This document shows, one piece after another, positions 23,591 to 36,298 of a stretch of 40,968 nt of DNA. The notes under the pieces were generated by a model that saw only the letters and a program-made list of their open reading frames with translations, was not told where the DNA came from and did not search any database. A program made the position numbers and the translations under genes. The stretch covers positions 1 through 40,968 of the forward strand of contig NW_021831844.1 of the NCBI RefSeq assembly GCF_006345805.1, written 5' to 3'. Numbering within the stretch: the stretch's first letter is position 1; the number at the start of each line of letters is the position of its first letter. Source of the DNA: Octopus sinensis (taxonomy: Eukaryota).

Positions 23591-24600
23591 TCAAACTCAT
23601 TTTAGACCTGTTCAAGAAAGAGAAGGCAAACTGAAACATCAGTCGTGGTTCTATAAAAGGCAAACTTCTGGCTAAATGCAGGTTCATCATCTGGGATGAA
23701 GCAACAATGATCCATAAGGTTTCCCTTCAAGACCTGAGACACAATACCAGGCTCATGGGAGGTGCCGCAATCTTGCTTGCAAGAGAATTTAGACAAACTT
23801 TGCCCGTGGTTCCATAGGGAACAAGAGCTGATGATGTAAATGCTAGCATAAAGTTGCCCTCCCTATGGAGCAGTGTGCAAACGTTGAGACTCACAACCAG
23901 CTGAATGGTGATGATGCAGACATGACTTTTTCAAAGCAACTGTTGGACCTTGGTAATGGTACTTCGGTTGGCGAGAAGGATGGTTGGGCAAGCTTGCCTT
24001 TTGGACATATGGTATCTGCTTTAAAGGAACTAATGAATAAGGTGTTTCCACATCAAAGGAATCACTTTACAGACCACAACTGGCTGAAAACCCGTGCCAT
24101 TTTAGTTCCAAAGAATGTGGCAGTTGATGATTTGAACATCAAACTTCTGGAACAGTTGCCAGGTGAGTGTCACATCTTCAATTCCATTGACGCTGTATTC
24201 AACATCGATGAAGCTGTGAATTATCCAGTTGAATTCTTGAATAGTCTAATACCACCCGGCCTCCCGCCTCACAACTTTCACCTCAAGATTGGGGCACTAG
24301 TTATGCTCCATCGAAACCTCAATCCACCAAAGCTTTGCAATGGCACACGACTTATAATACAGAAGATGATGCCAACAGTCTTGGAGACAACAATTTTGAC
24401 TGATAAAGCAAGCGGTGAGCCTGTATTCATTCCTAGAATTCCACTGATTCTCTCGGATATACCTTTCCAGTACAAGCACCTGCAATTCCCGTTGAAACTG
24501 AGCTTTGCAATGACCATTAACAAGACCCAGGGGGAGTCCTTAGATGTGGTAGGTCTGAACATGGACAACTTTATGTGGGATCCTCAAGAGTTGGAAATCC
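23590..24600 (+). mobile_element. Helitron RepHel Pif1-family helicase fragment, decayed
   Basis: IIWDEATM (Walker B), FRQTLPVV, RAILVPKN, PVEFLNSL.PPGLPPH, RNLNPPKLCNGTRL and FAMTINKTQGESL. Confidence 0.9.
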
Positions 24601-24889
24601 TAATTATTTGTTTATTTATGCCCCACAAGGAAAGACCAAAAATGTTGATTATCAAGAAGCTCATGGCCGCAGCTCTGAGCTGAAACTTAAAAAAACTTTA
24701 AAAAAAACTTAATAAGATTCACCAAATTATCAGGTATTTATTATTTTACTGTAATATTTGTAAGTTTTATAAATGAATTGATAATCTACATGTTATTTTA
24801 TTTTAAAATGAAAAGTTATTTGTATGTCTACTGTAAAACTAAATGTCAGTCTGTTTCTACATCCATTTTAAATCTATTTCAACACTAAC

Positions 24890-25141
24890 TGTCGGCAGTT
24901 GTCAGACTTGATAAGTTACGCAGAACACGTGTTATAGCATCTGGGACGAGTACAGCTCTCGGCTGAGTCTATGATTAAGATGATACCGCCAACTGGACTC
25001 TAGAAGGAAGGTGAGGCATGTTTTCATTGCACGGTTGCAGTAGTAAAAGAATGCATGTGGCGTACAAGAATGGAAGGAGTCGCAATAGGATCCTTTGTCT
25101 CAGGCCCCGGCTTGCTCACTTACTTCAGATATCATCTGAAG
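24890..25141 (+). repeat. 252-bp copy of Tx1 ORF2 segment 21621-21872
   Basis: Ungapped match with 4 substitutions seen; it shares the in-frame TAG of the source. Confidence 0.95.
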
Positions 25142-25689
25142 GTATCATCTAAGGGTTATATTCACTGGGAATGCACAAAAACTCTCTTCAGAGTTATTTG
25201 CTTTGAATTGTTAGCATCTCATATCCGATCAGCTTGTTATTACGTAACATGCTTCACGATTTTGGTATACATAACTTACTGGTATTTCCTCCAAAGTTTT
25301 GTATACTCTAGCAATGCAATAAAGCCCTTGTCGGGGCTAAGTTATAATTGAATTCTTACAATCGGGTAACTAATTCCATGTTACAATGTAACTGACTTCA
25401 CGATTTGGGTATTCATAACTTATTGTGATTTCCTAAAAACAAGATCCTATGTAAGACAGTTCGATATTCTCTGTAAATAAACAAAAACCGTTTTAAGGGC
25501 TACATATTTTGTATTCTTATTATTGGATTAGCAAAACAATTATGCAAATAGAACCAAGGATAAGCCCCGCTTTTCTAGGAAACTCCGAGTACATCAGCTA
25601 GTATATATATTTATATATGTAATTATCATCACTAATTGTATGTCTTGGTGAAAGATTTAAACTGCTTCTGGTAGTGGGGCCTTGGTACA

Positions 25690-28320
25690 AGAATTCCAGA
25701 GTTTCGAGGAGTGTGGAACCATCTGTTAACCACCAGTGTCCCCAGGTCTAATCTGCCCAGAGTAGTAGCAGCTGTTAGGCCCCCAACTATGGGTTAACTT
25801 GCATGTGTTGTTTCGGGTAGATGGAGCTCATCAGCCTGGAAGGCAGTCCGTCTCGGTGAAGGAAATTCTGATAGAAAACCATCGCTACTATGTAGGCTAG
25901 CATGAACAAGGCAGATTTCAATTATATCCGAGATATCCAGCAGCCTGCTGCAACGACTCTAACCAGATCCAATATGTCACCAATCCCAGTGGTGCCACTG
26001 GTGAAGGCGAGTGACCAGGCGAGTGGACCTTATGATCACAATACATGGTCCACCCTGAACAAAATCACAGGAAAGCCCTCTGTGGCTTGAACAATGAGTC
26101 TCTTCGCTTCCTTCCCTAAGTAGCGATAGTAATCCGGGCAACAGGAGAAGGCTGGGTCAGCTGCGAACCCCTAATCCGGATCCACATGATGTCGGCTCCT
26201 ACGTAAAGGTTGATTTTATCGGCAGCTGTAGGATGTAACTGGCTTGGCCTATTCAGGTTTGACCAAAATGGTGACCGGATTACCAAGCTAATCAACCAGA
26301 AAAGAACCTCTTATCTGGCGTGGGAGAATTTCATATGCTCCCCCACTTGCAATGCTTCCAAGAGGCCAAGCAGAAATACCGGAATAGGATCTATGAACTC
26401 CAGAATCTCTGGTGTCGAGCAAAAACAAGGGAGATAGTCATTCACGGACAGCAGGGACCTTACATATTTTTATGCTGTGACAAAGGAAACTTTTGGTCCT
26501 TTTGCAGAATAACAAATATACTCAAATCGGCTGATGCCTTAAACCTCCCTTGCAGTCACTCAAAATATCTTTGAACGATGGAAGAAACATTTTCAAATAC
26601 GCCTCCATCGGTCATCTGCCCCAGTGATTGACTTGCTCCATAATGTCCCCCAATATCCGACACGACACTGGATGTCACTACCCTGGGTTTGAAAAGGCAC
26701 TAAAACGTATGAAGACATGGAAAGCACCTGGTCCTGACAACATATCTCTGGGGCTCCTGTCTCATGGTGTTCAAATCTTGAAGACTAAGATGTATATGGT
26801 TATCCAAAGCCTGTGGGAGATGGAGGCTATTCTTGCGGACCTGTAAAGACCAGACCATCATTACAGTCTTCAAGAAGGGTGACCGGACAATTTGTGGAAA
26901 CTATCTCGGTATCTCCTATTCTCAGTATTGCTGGAAATATCTTCGCCAGGATCCTGTTAGATTAGTGGTCGTTGTTGAGAATGTTCTTCCAGAGTCACAG
27001 TAAGGCTTCTGCCCTACCCAGGGTACCATCGACATGGTCTTTTGTACTTAGCTTCTCCAAGAAAAGACACTCGAGCAGAGAAAGCCAATTCTTTGTGTTC
27101 TGGGACTTAGAGAAGGCTTTCGGCAACATACTGAGACCTACAATAGGGGTCACTCTGAAGCGTTATGTTTCTCCCAATTAATTTGTGCGCCTCATTCACA
27201 CTCTATATGACGGAAAGTCTGGCCGAATCATCGCCAAGAACGCTCTCGCCAGTTCCATCCCAATTACGACTGGCCTGAAGCAATGATGCATTCTCATTCT
27301 TACTCTGTTTTCCCTCTACCTTAATGCTATGATTCATGAAACCCCTAATATGGCTCCTGGTGCAGATATCCGTTACAGAATAGATGAAGTGCTTTTCAAC
27401 ACCGACGGTTTAGAGCTCGTCGACATTTCCACCTTGGCCAAAGTACATGAGCTGCAGCGCGTTGATGACAATATGCACATTCGTGCACTTCCTTTTTGAT
27501 CTTCAGAAAGCTGTGAACGTCTAGGAAAATTTGTGTACCGGCATTGATCTGAGCACAAATGTAAAGAAGACGAAGATCTTTGTACAGGGAGGGTCTGGCC
27601 CACCTACCTCCTGATTTTGGTGTCTTAAAGCTACATGTTACTGCCTTGAAAGTCGTGGAGAATTTCTTATATCTTGGAAGCTACCTGCCTAGACAAATAA
27701 GAAAGACAAACAAGGTCAACGAAACCCCTACTTCTTTTGGAAAATTTTCAAAATGAGTCTTACTAAACCACGACCTCCCCATCCAAATGAAAACCATGGT
27801 ATTCTGATCTTCCCACACCCCTCTACGGCTGTGAGAGGTGGGTGCTGTATCATATGGCTTGATGAAAGTCGAGCGTTTCGAACCGCACAAATAAAATTTC
27901 ACGCAATTATGGGGAGTCAATGGAAAGACTACATTACCAATAAAGAGGAAATTCTGTTCCGAGTCAGACTACCCTGTATTGATGCTATGATAACTTGATA
28001 CCACCTCCGCTAGTCGGCCACATCAAATATTTTTTGTGGAGTTGGCATCAGGCAACAGAGCATGCGAAGCCTCCAAATTCCATTTCCGAGGTCAACTCAA
28101 GGCCACTCCCTTACGCTGCTCCATTGACCCAAGTACCTGGAAGGCTGTCACCAAGGACCGTCCATAGTAAAGGAAAACATACTAAGGACCTTACTTCATT
28201 GTATCCATTCTCTTGTGTTCTAACATTCAACAGGTCAATGTATATACGTCGTGTACAAGACGTATGACAGAGAGATGTTCATTCAGAATTCTTCATTGAA
28301 TAGACTGGATGTATGATGGC
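25690..28320 (+). mobile_element. Decayed RTE-clade LINE with an internal deletion of the endonuclease region
   Basis: RTE-type 5' motif ggaaggcagtccgtctcggtgaaggaaa, then FDQNGDRITKLINQKR, KAPGPDNI, VLPESQ*GF, DLEKAF and a decayed C-terminus near 28100-28160. Boundaries are approximate. Confidence 0.8.
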
Positions 28321-28661
28321 CCCAGCACTATAAAGGTTATCATACAGACCTCTCCTATACCTTGTATTATTGTTATTTGAGAATAACATTTACTCTCTTC
28401 AATAGGTCACCTTCCCTTCACACTGTGATGGCTGTGTTTATATGATTAACATCCCAGATGGGTTACCTTTACTACGGTGGAAGAGCGTTGTCTTTGAGAA
28501 AGGAAGGAAATAGAATATTGTTAGTCACATAATATAAGTCGGGTTATCAAGAGTGACTGGATTACTTTATGACAATGGGGGGGGATTGATGGGTGTGAAT
28601 TGCGACAAGTAATATCTTTCTGTTTGTCACTCAAATATTTATAAACGGTTGTAAGACTTAC

Positions 28662-28871
28662 ATAGTCTAAATGCTCTCCAGTCTCCTCCTCAGAATGGAA
28701 CTTATCTTTCTTCACGGCGAGGTGAAGACAGTTGTTACCATCAGCATCAAGAGCGTCTAATTCTGCTCCATGTGAAACTAGCTTCTGAAGTATTCCAAAG
28801 TGACTAAGGGAAACAGCATCAAACAATGGTGTCGTTTCTTTTATGTTCTTGGTATTCACTTCCACATCAGG
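28662..28871 (-). CDS. Exon of MIB2-like gene: ankyrin repeats
   Basis: Acceptor tttctttttctttttatctctataaag and donor TAT|gtaag; 210 nt, phase 0/0. Encodes PDVEVNTKNIKETTPLFDAVSLSHFGILQKLVSHGAELDALDADGNNCLHLAVKKDKFHSEEETGEHLDY, with TPLxxA and GNNCLHLA ankyrin motifs. Confidence 0.9.
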
Positions 28872-30471
28872 CTTTATAGAGATAAAAAGAAAAAGAAAGA
28901 TTAAAAAGTTACATCAAAATTCGGGTGGATATCAATGTATCATTACTTTCTTTTACTGGGCACTTGATTAAACAGATTAAAAATTCTATATGGTCCCTCA
29001 ATAGAACTTGTTATGACTGTGTCTTAGAGACATGATAAATCCATTAAGATGTCCTAAACAAATCGGGTTCAGCCGGATCTACCTTTATCCCTTACTATAG
29101 TAAGTTTTAGGGGACTTGAACAAGAGTGAACACGTGATTAGCAGATCAAGTTTGATAAAGAAGAATTATAATTTCTTATGTATACATTTGATGTCGCTTT
29201 ATTAATTAATATTAATTAAAATGGGGCTCATAAAATAGCTGGGTTTATTCGTATTCACCACTATAGCACTAATTTAAGGAAGTATCTAGTGCGAAACTGA
29301 ATAATGTCAGGTACCACTACCACGACAACCACCACTACAATACACGATGCACCCCAATCTGTCTCTTTACTGGTCTTCTGATATTTTCCTATTTCCTAGA
29401 ATACATTAACTTAGATAATTAATGTTGTAGAGAAAATTGGACCGAGTCAACAAGACGGGATGTTTAATATCCAATCCATTCCGATTACCAACTGTGATTC
29501 ATACTAAATGTCTACACAATGCTTGAAGTCATGATGCTGTGGTATTGTCTGAGATAAATATCTCTTCATAGACTTGTTTTCAAAGCATAATATACATCAG
29601 AGCAACATTGCTACAGTGATTCTTGATAGATGTGTTTCGTGTTTCTAAAGGTTTATCAATGTAAGGCAACTGATCACTACCTGCTTCAATGGAATTTGCC
29701 TCATGATGTATAGGAAACAGTGTATAAAACGTTCACTGTATTACGGAAGCTTTCAGGGCTGGAGATTTTATCTCACACAATTCCACAGCACCACGTCTTC
29801 TAACAGTGTATATACATTTCATATGATACGTGGCTGGTAACTTTGATTTAATGTTTTTAGCTGTGTGTACCGAGGTTTTTCTTCGGCAAGACAATCCAAT
29901 ATCTATTAAAGGGAACATCATTGAATAGTAAGAGTTCAAATGGAATTGTAAAGTTATTCAATACAATAGTTAGAATAGTTAGAATGTGTAGCAATTGATA
30001 GTGATATTGTGAAGTAGAGTTTGAAGTTGATATTGTAAGTATTGATTATTGACCAGGAACTCTTAGAAAGACTATTGTACTGCAGATTGAAATCAAGACT
30101 GTATAGAGTGTACATTACATACGTGCATGTATATATATATATGTGTATATCTGTGTATATATGTATGTATATATGTGTGTGTGTGCGTGTGTGTATACGT
30201 ATGTATATATACACACACACATACATATATATACGGCAAGAAATAATTTTTGTCTCTTTTTATGGAGACAAAAGACTTTATAAGACTGCAAAAAGAAGCG
30301 TTCAAATGTAATTGAGGCCAAAAAACATTGATCAAAGACCAAACATCAAATTCGAGTCAACGACTTTATATACAACACCAAACCTCCAAAAACTTTTGAT
30401 CATATATAAATATTACTATGGCTCTTAAACGTATAAAGTATAAAAAAAAACACAGGAGGTAAAAAATATTT

Positions 30472-31882
30472 ATGCGAATAAAAAACAAATATATAGAACG
30501 GCCTATCAAAAAGGTATACAATCGACTAAAAATTCTAAAGCGTGTCATGCGACTAAAAATCTAAATAAAATATCAATCGACTAAAAAGATTTTTTTTTAC
30601 TCCCCTCAAACAAAAAAGTACGTCAAAAAAGTTCATTTCGTAATAAAAAACCATAAGTTTCTTTTTTCTACTTTCTGAAAGTATATAGAAGTTATATTAG
30701 ATGTGGTAAATAATATTTAGTTTTAAAGGGTCTTCCTGTCATACGTTTTTTGTTTTTTTTTCTTTCTTTCTTTTCCCCACATATTTTGTATTGTCCCCTC
30801 TGTGTGGCCCCTTGTGGGTAATAAAAGTATAAATTTGTCGAGTTTCTTTTGGCTGTTTAATGTGAGTTATATTTTGCTGTTTTACTTTGCTAGGCTACAC
30901 TCGGCAACCCTGTCATAAAATGGAAGAAATACTACTTCTGCCCACATACAAAAAGCCCCAGGAAGGGCCCCCAAGAAAGAGCAGTGAGTAAGGGGACAGT
31001 CGTGATACCAGCAACAACAGAAGAAAAGGAAGATAATGGAATGAACAACGAATGAGAAATGGCAGGGAAAAGAAGGAACCCCGTACTTCCCCTCCCCCGG
31101 CCAAGGAAAAAAGTAATTACGTAATGTTAGATGAGGAATCAAATGAGGAAGTTTGCAATGAATTGAGTGCGTGGGAAGATACAGTTGCAGCAGGTACAAG
31201 TTCCTACACCAATATACAAAGGTGGTATAATTGCTTGCTGATAATCAAGGAGCAATTAGGAAAAATAATGGAATGCAAGGATGTATATCAATACTGGAAG
31301 ATAAAAATGGACATAAGTCAGTCATCATGCTACTTAGACTATATGGACATTCTAAGGAAACAAAAGATTGACATTTTTGCAGGATCTCAGATCGAAGAAA
31401 GGTATAAATGAAGCCACTCAGAGGTGGGAACGAAAAGCTGAATTACAGTTTTCATATTCATCTTGCTGTCGTTCGTTTTCCGTTTTTTTTTCTCTCATTT
31501 CTTGTCCCTATGTGCTTTGTTTGTCTCCTCTTTGTTGGCCCCTCATGGGTAATAAAAAGTCAAATTTCGGATGAGAGGGGTCATTGCCGAGATGCTCTTT
31601 AACTCGTAATCGAACCACAACAATGAACTCCTGAAATGGCCCTTGATGTGTTTGAATTGATTTTGTGGAACTCTTTTTGCTCTTGGACTCCATCCTGCCA
31701 TGCTTTTTACGAAATTAATTTTTTTGACGTACTTTTTTGTTTGAGGGGAGTAAAAAAAAAAACTATTTTTAGTCGATTGATATTTTAATTTAGATTTTTA
31801 GTCGCATGACACACTTTAGAATTTTTAGTCGATTGTATACCTTTTTGATAGGCCGTTCTATATAATTGTTTTTTATTCGCAT
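30472..31882. mobile_element. 1.4-kb cassette bounded by ~175-bp inverted repeats (30472-30643 and 31707-31882); foldback/TIR element or inverted duplication
   Basis: The arms are near-perfect reverse complements, each with three CGACTAAAAA motifs. No TSD was seen. The interior holds LINE 3'-UTR-like pieces. Confidence 0.7.
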
Positions 31883-32199
31883 CATGGTTGGCTTGGCTGT
31901 CGTCTGTTGTTCGAACTGGAACATGGCTGAGTAGCTCTGTGGTCTCCGACTAGACCTTAGAAGGTCTAAAGCCGAAAGACGATGAATTGTGAAAATACTA
32001 GCTTATTTAAGGAGTGAAGATGGCTCAATTGAAAGATCCTATCCAAAGGCCGTGATTGGTCAGTTTACACACTGGTGCGAAATAAGTAGAGAGACAGACC
32101 GCACTAGATGCTAACCAATCAGATCAGTGGACACAACAGGGTTAAACTATCCAAAGATGGTTGTAATCTCAAACGAGATCATTTCTAATGTTTTTCGCA

Positions 32200-32420
32200 A
32201 ACAGTGAGGATATCAATATTGCTACAATATCATACAAAAGCAACAACAAACTATGTCAGGAAGTAGATGGCCCTTTCAAGGCCAGATTGAATAATCACAG
32301 GTGCGTTTTAAGAACCGAAAACAGACACAATATTGCAATATTGGCCAACTATATATGTTGATTAAAACAGGAAGCAATGCCATAGAAAATCAAGTAGACG
32401 TTGCTGGAAGGACCCACACT
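32200..32420 (+). mobile_element. Penelope-like GIY-YIG endonuclease fragment
   Basis: DGPFKARLNNHRCVLRTENRHNIAILANYIC*LK resembles the PLE GIY-YIG block EGPFKxRxNNH...LSxYIWxLK. Confidence 0.55.
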
Positions 32421-32496
32421 ATATCTCAATGGTAAGTAAAAGATTCAGACCCTTCTTTGCAGAGAGGAAAATCATTTGATAGATTTTTACATTGGA

Positions 32497-32545
<49 letters not shown>

Positions 32546-33289
32546 GAGTATCTTGCTATAGACGAGATCTATGGCTACCCCCAACAGGGTAAGGAGACAG
32601 AATAGCGGAGATGTGATGCTATAGTGTTTCTTCAAGGTCCAAGAAAGTGAATAGAGAGTAGAGGCATACGATCAAGGGTAACTAGGTCGGTAGGTTGACG
32701 AGAGTGCGAAGGGCGAATGACAGACATTAGAAATGAGAATATAGATGAATGTGGTGACTGACGAACATGGATGAAGGTGTGAAGAATGGTGAGTCTGAGT
32801 TTGAGAGGGAATTAAAAAGACATAGGAGAAGATCAGAGAGGAGGAGGAGGAGGAGGAGGACATGATAGGAGGAGGCAGGACATAAGTGGAGGTTAGAACG
32901 CAACCGTATGGTAAAACTACAGAGATGAAAAATAGGGAGATGTGAAATGTGGAAGAGAGAGAGAGAGGAGCAGAGTGGCAGATGCTGATGTTAGTGTTAC
33001 ATATGGGTAGATATAGTGATGGCAGATATGAGAAGGTATTGCAAAGAGGAGGAGGCTGAGAGATAATGTTGGAAATGCGAGATAAATAACAAAGAGAATG
33101 GTTTCCTGGAAAGAGATTTCTGGCAGAGAAAAATGGAGAGGGAATACGTGTCGTTATTCTCTCTTGTAATTATAGCAACTGAGGAAATAGTAGGGTAGTT
33201 AGAGGGTGGGGAGAGAGGGAAGTTGTGTACGAAGTTGCAAGTAAGGTTTGACCGATGTAGGGGCATAGACATCAACCATATGTTTTTAG

Positions 33290-35790
33290 AACCCCATTTT
33301 TGCTAAGATAGATGGATCTTCTTGAGGACAGTGGATTGCTCGTCATTTCAGTCATTTGTCATCTCTCCTATGAGGTTCATCAGCTAGAGTTCGGTCCATG
33401 TCTCCCTCCACTTCCCTCATTCACTATGTCCATCCACATTTAGTGACTGACGCTTCTTTCTATAGCTGTCTTCATCCATATGAACCACATGACCAAGCTA
33501 CTACGATCTTCTCTCTTGCACACTACATCTGAATTCCCTTTTTCTTAATTCTCTAAATTGTTCTTTGTTGTATGGTTTTGGTTGTATGATGGTTTCTTTT
33601 CTTTCAAGCCTTTGCTTGTCCTCTGCAGCCATAGCCCATGTTTCACCATCGTGAAACATATCTTTTTGTGCACAGGCCTCATACAATCTAATTTTTATTC
33701 AGAGGCAGAGGCCCTTTCTAATGAACAGTAGTAATAAATCTCTGAACTTTTTCAGTTAGTTGAAATTCTAGCTCTTATACTTTCAGAACATACTCCTCCA
33801 CTGCTAATTTGGTCCCTTAGGTTATGGAAACGATCTACTATTTCTAAGGAAACCCATATGAACTGCTACCTGCACGCTAAAGTTGTCACTGTACTCATCG
33901 TTAACTCACATCTTACAGGCAGCACCCAGGTACATGATTTGGACAGCTCCCACCAACCATTCCTTTGTCCGCAACTTTCCTAGTGACCACCCACCCGACC
34001 AAGCAGCAGGGAAATCAGTCGAAGGCCTTCTGTAAGGTGATGTAAGTCAATTTCAATGGTGTAGTTTTAGCTAAACACCCCTTCTGAAGTTTCCTTGTGT
34101 GTGTGTGAGAGAGAGAGAGAGAGTGAGTGAGAGAGAGAGTGAGTGAGAGAGAGAGTGAGTGAGAGAGAGAGGGAGAGAGAGAGAGAGAGAAAGAAAGAAA
34201 GAAAGTAAGAAAGAGAAATAGAGAGAGAGAGACTGGCTGTCTTATTAATTGAGCGATAGCAATTTCTGTAAATTTCCAGATCTGGTAGACCAAACTGATA
34301 CCTCCAGAACTTTCGTCTAACGCATTTCTTTTATGCATTGTAGCAGTTGACTATTATGCTGCTACACCAGTCATTGGGTACAACTCCTTCATGGACAACA
34401 TGATTAACTATTCTATGGCTAGGCCATGCACTCCTCCAAATATTTAGTAGTAATTCCCGGAAGACCAGGGGATTTCCATGTCCTTATATATTTAATTGCT
34501 TTATCTATTATACAACTGTTAACTAGGATAGCTAGTCTCTCTGATGAATATTGAATACTCTCTTTCTTCCCTACATTCTCCATGTTTAATAGCCTTTCAT
34601 AGTAGCACTTCCATGCCTCTTTCTTTTCAGAATCACTAAATGCAAATGAACCATCATCCATCCGTACGCACTTCTCTCCTACAGCATCTCCATTTTCTCT
34701 CGTGCACAGATTTGCAATTTGGAGCATCGTATGCCTCTGCTTTTCATGTTGTAAAACGTTGGCAAACGCCTTCTTTTAGCTTCTCACCTTGTTAAATATA
34801 TATGTTGTTTAACTTCTCTTTTAGCTTCTCTGGTATTATTATTTGTTTCCCCTATTTTTCAAAGGTAGCTTCTTTGCTTTTATGACTTTGTCTACTTCAC
34901 TGCTCCCCTACGATATAACCTTGGCCCCATTGGAACAAATTTGGATTGCATCCCTCCACCCCAGTAACTTTTCCCCGTGAGTACTTCAAAGTGTGGATGT
35001 TATATGTTTCTCGACCTTTTTTATCAACTGTTTTGATTACGGATCCTCGAAATCCAACTGCTTGATGAATCTTTAAACATCCATATTTTCTTCTTCCAGA
35101 CTGGCTTGCATCTTAAAGTTCTTTTAATTGCAAGTCTGAAGTTGCTAGCTGCTAATCGATGTTGACTAGAAATTCCTCCCCTAAGGAAGGACTTTGCATT
35201 TAAAGCCATCTGTCAATAAAATGTTTTATGTGAAAACGTAGTCAATCTGGTATCATTAGCTTGATAGGTGATTAGGTGTCTGGTTGTTTCCTGAAGATAG
35301 TGCTGCAGATCATCAGGTCATTTGCATCCCAGAACTCCAAGAGTTTTATCCCACCTCACCTCGAGAACCAAACCCATAACCATAGAATCTACCCCTATAT
35401 ATCTATTGAAGTCACCAGTCATGAAGAAAGAGGCAGGGTCTTTTGTCATGGAGATTGTCTACTATACCTCATAAAAATGAGATAATAGTCACTTCTGTAT
35501 TTTCCAAGATTAATTTGAGATTAATTATCCTATCAAATACTCTGACGACATTGATCCTTCATTTATACTTTTCTCTGTTAAAATCGTGGCCATTCTCCAA
35601 TCGAATTACTATTGTCTTTCCAGAGGATATGATGTCTCTTCAACGTCTGTTCAGAAGATTTGATGTATACAAGGTTCCCCTCCATTTTACCTCTTGTACA
35701 CAACACACATCCACACACTCTGTTTTAACATTTCAAACATTTTACCAGATATAAAATTCAATGTGTCGACATTGACTGTGGTTGCCCTAA
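33290..35790 (-). mobile_element. Decayed RTE-like LINE (EN and RT) interrupted by (GA)n
   Basis: EN blocks NVDTL..VCCVQEVKWRG and GDFN..IG; GEKCVRMDDG..KKEAWKCYYERLLN; RT blocks LQKAFD and EWLVGAVQIMY; C-terminal HDGETWAM..RCSVQERR. Confidence 0.8.
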
Positions 35791-36082
35791 AGATTTGGAC
35801 AGGTCAGAAAGAATGAGCTGGGATTAGGTGGATAGATTTCGGCAAATGAAAACAAGGTTAGCAGATGTTTGTCTTGATATATGCTCATATGTTTGATATA
35901 TTCAGTAAGACATGGTTAATGTATTATATATAAACGCACACACTCACACATATATATTTTATTTTTGGTTTTATTTTATCTAGTTTCAGCTCATGAGCTG
36001 TGGCCATGTTGGGGCACCGCCATATATATATATACATACACACACACAAAATTATTACGTTCACTTGCCCATGCTCAAATGA

Positions 36083-36267
36083 AAAAGTGAACGTAATGTT
36101 TTCTGTATGTATGTATGTATGTATGTATGTATGTATGTATGTATGTATGTATGTATGTATGTGTGCGTGTGTGTGTATGATGTACGTGTATACACACGCA
36201 CGCACATATATATATATTTATATATATATATATTATATATATATATATACATACATACATACATACA

Positions 36268-36298
<31 letters not shown>

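Noticed and set aside
29460-29939. Semi-open minus-strand frames upstream of the ankyrin exon
   Set aside because: There are no ankyrin or TE motifs I can identify, stops are present, and there are no convincing splice sites.
31940-31985. GACC-ttagaa-GGTC hairpin with hammerhead-like spacing
   Set aside because: Both core segments are wrong (CCGACTA and TAAA).
32540-33290. Purine-rich tract (also 6330-6530), possibly decayed I/R1-type LINE pieces
   Set aside because: The only evidence is composition; no diagnostic motif was recovered.
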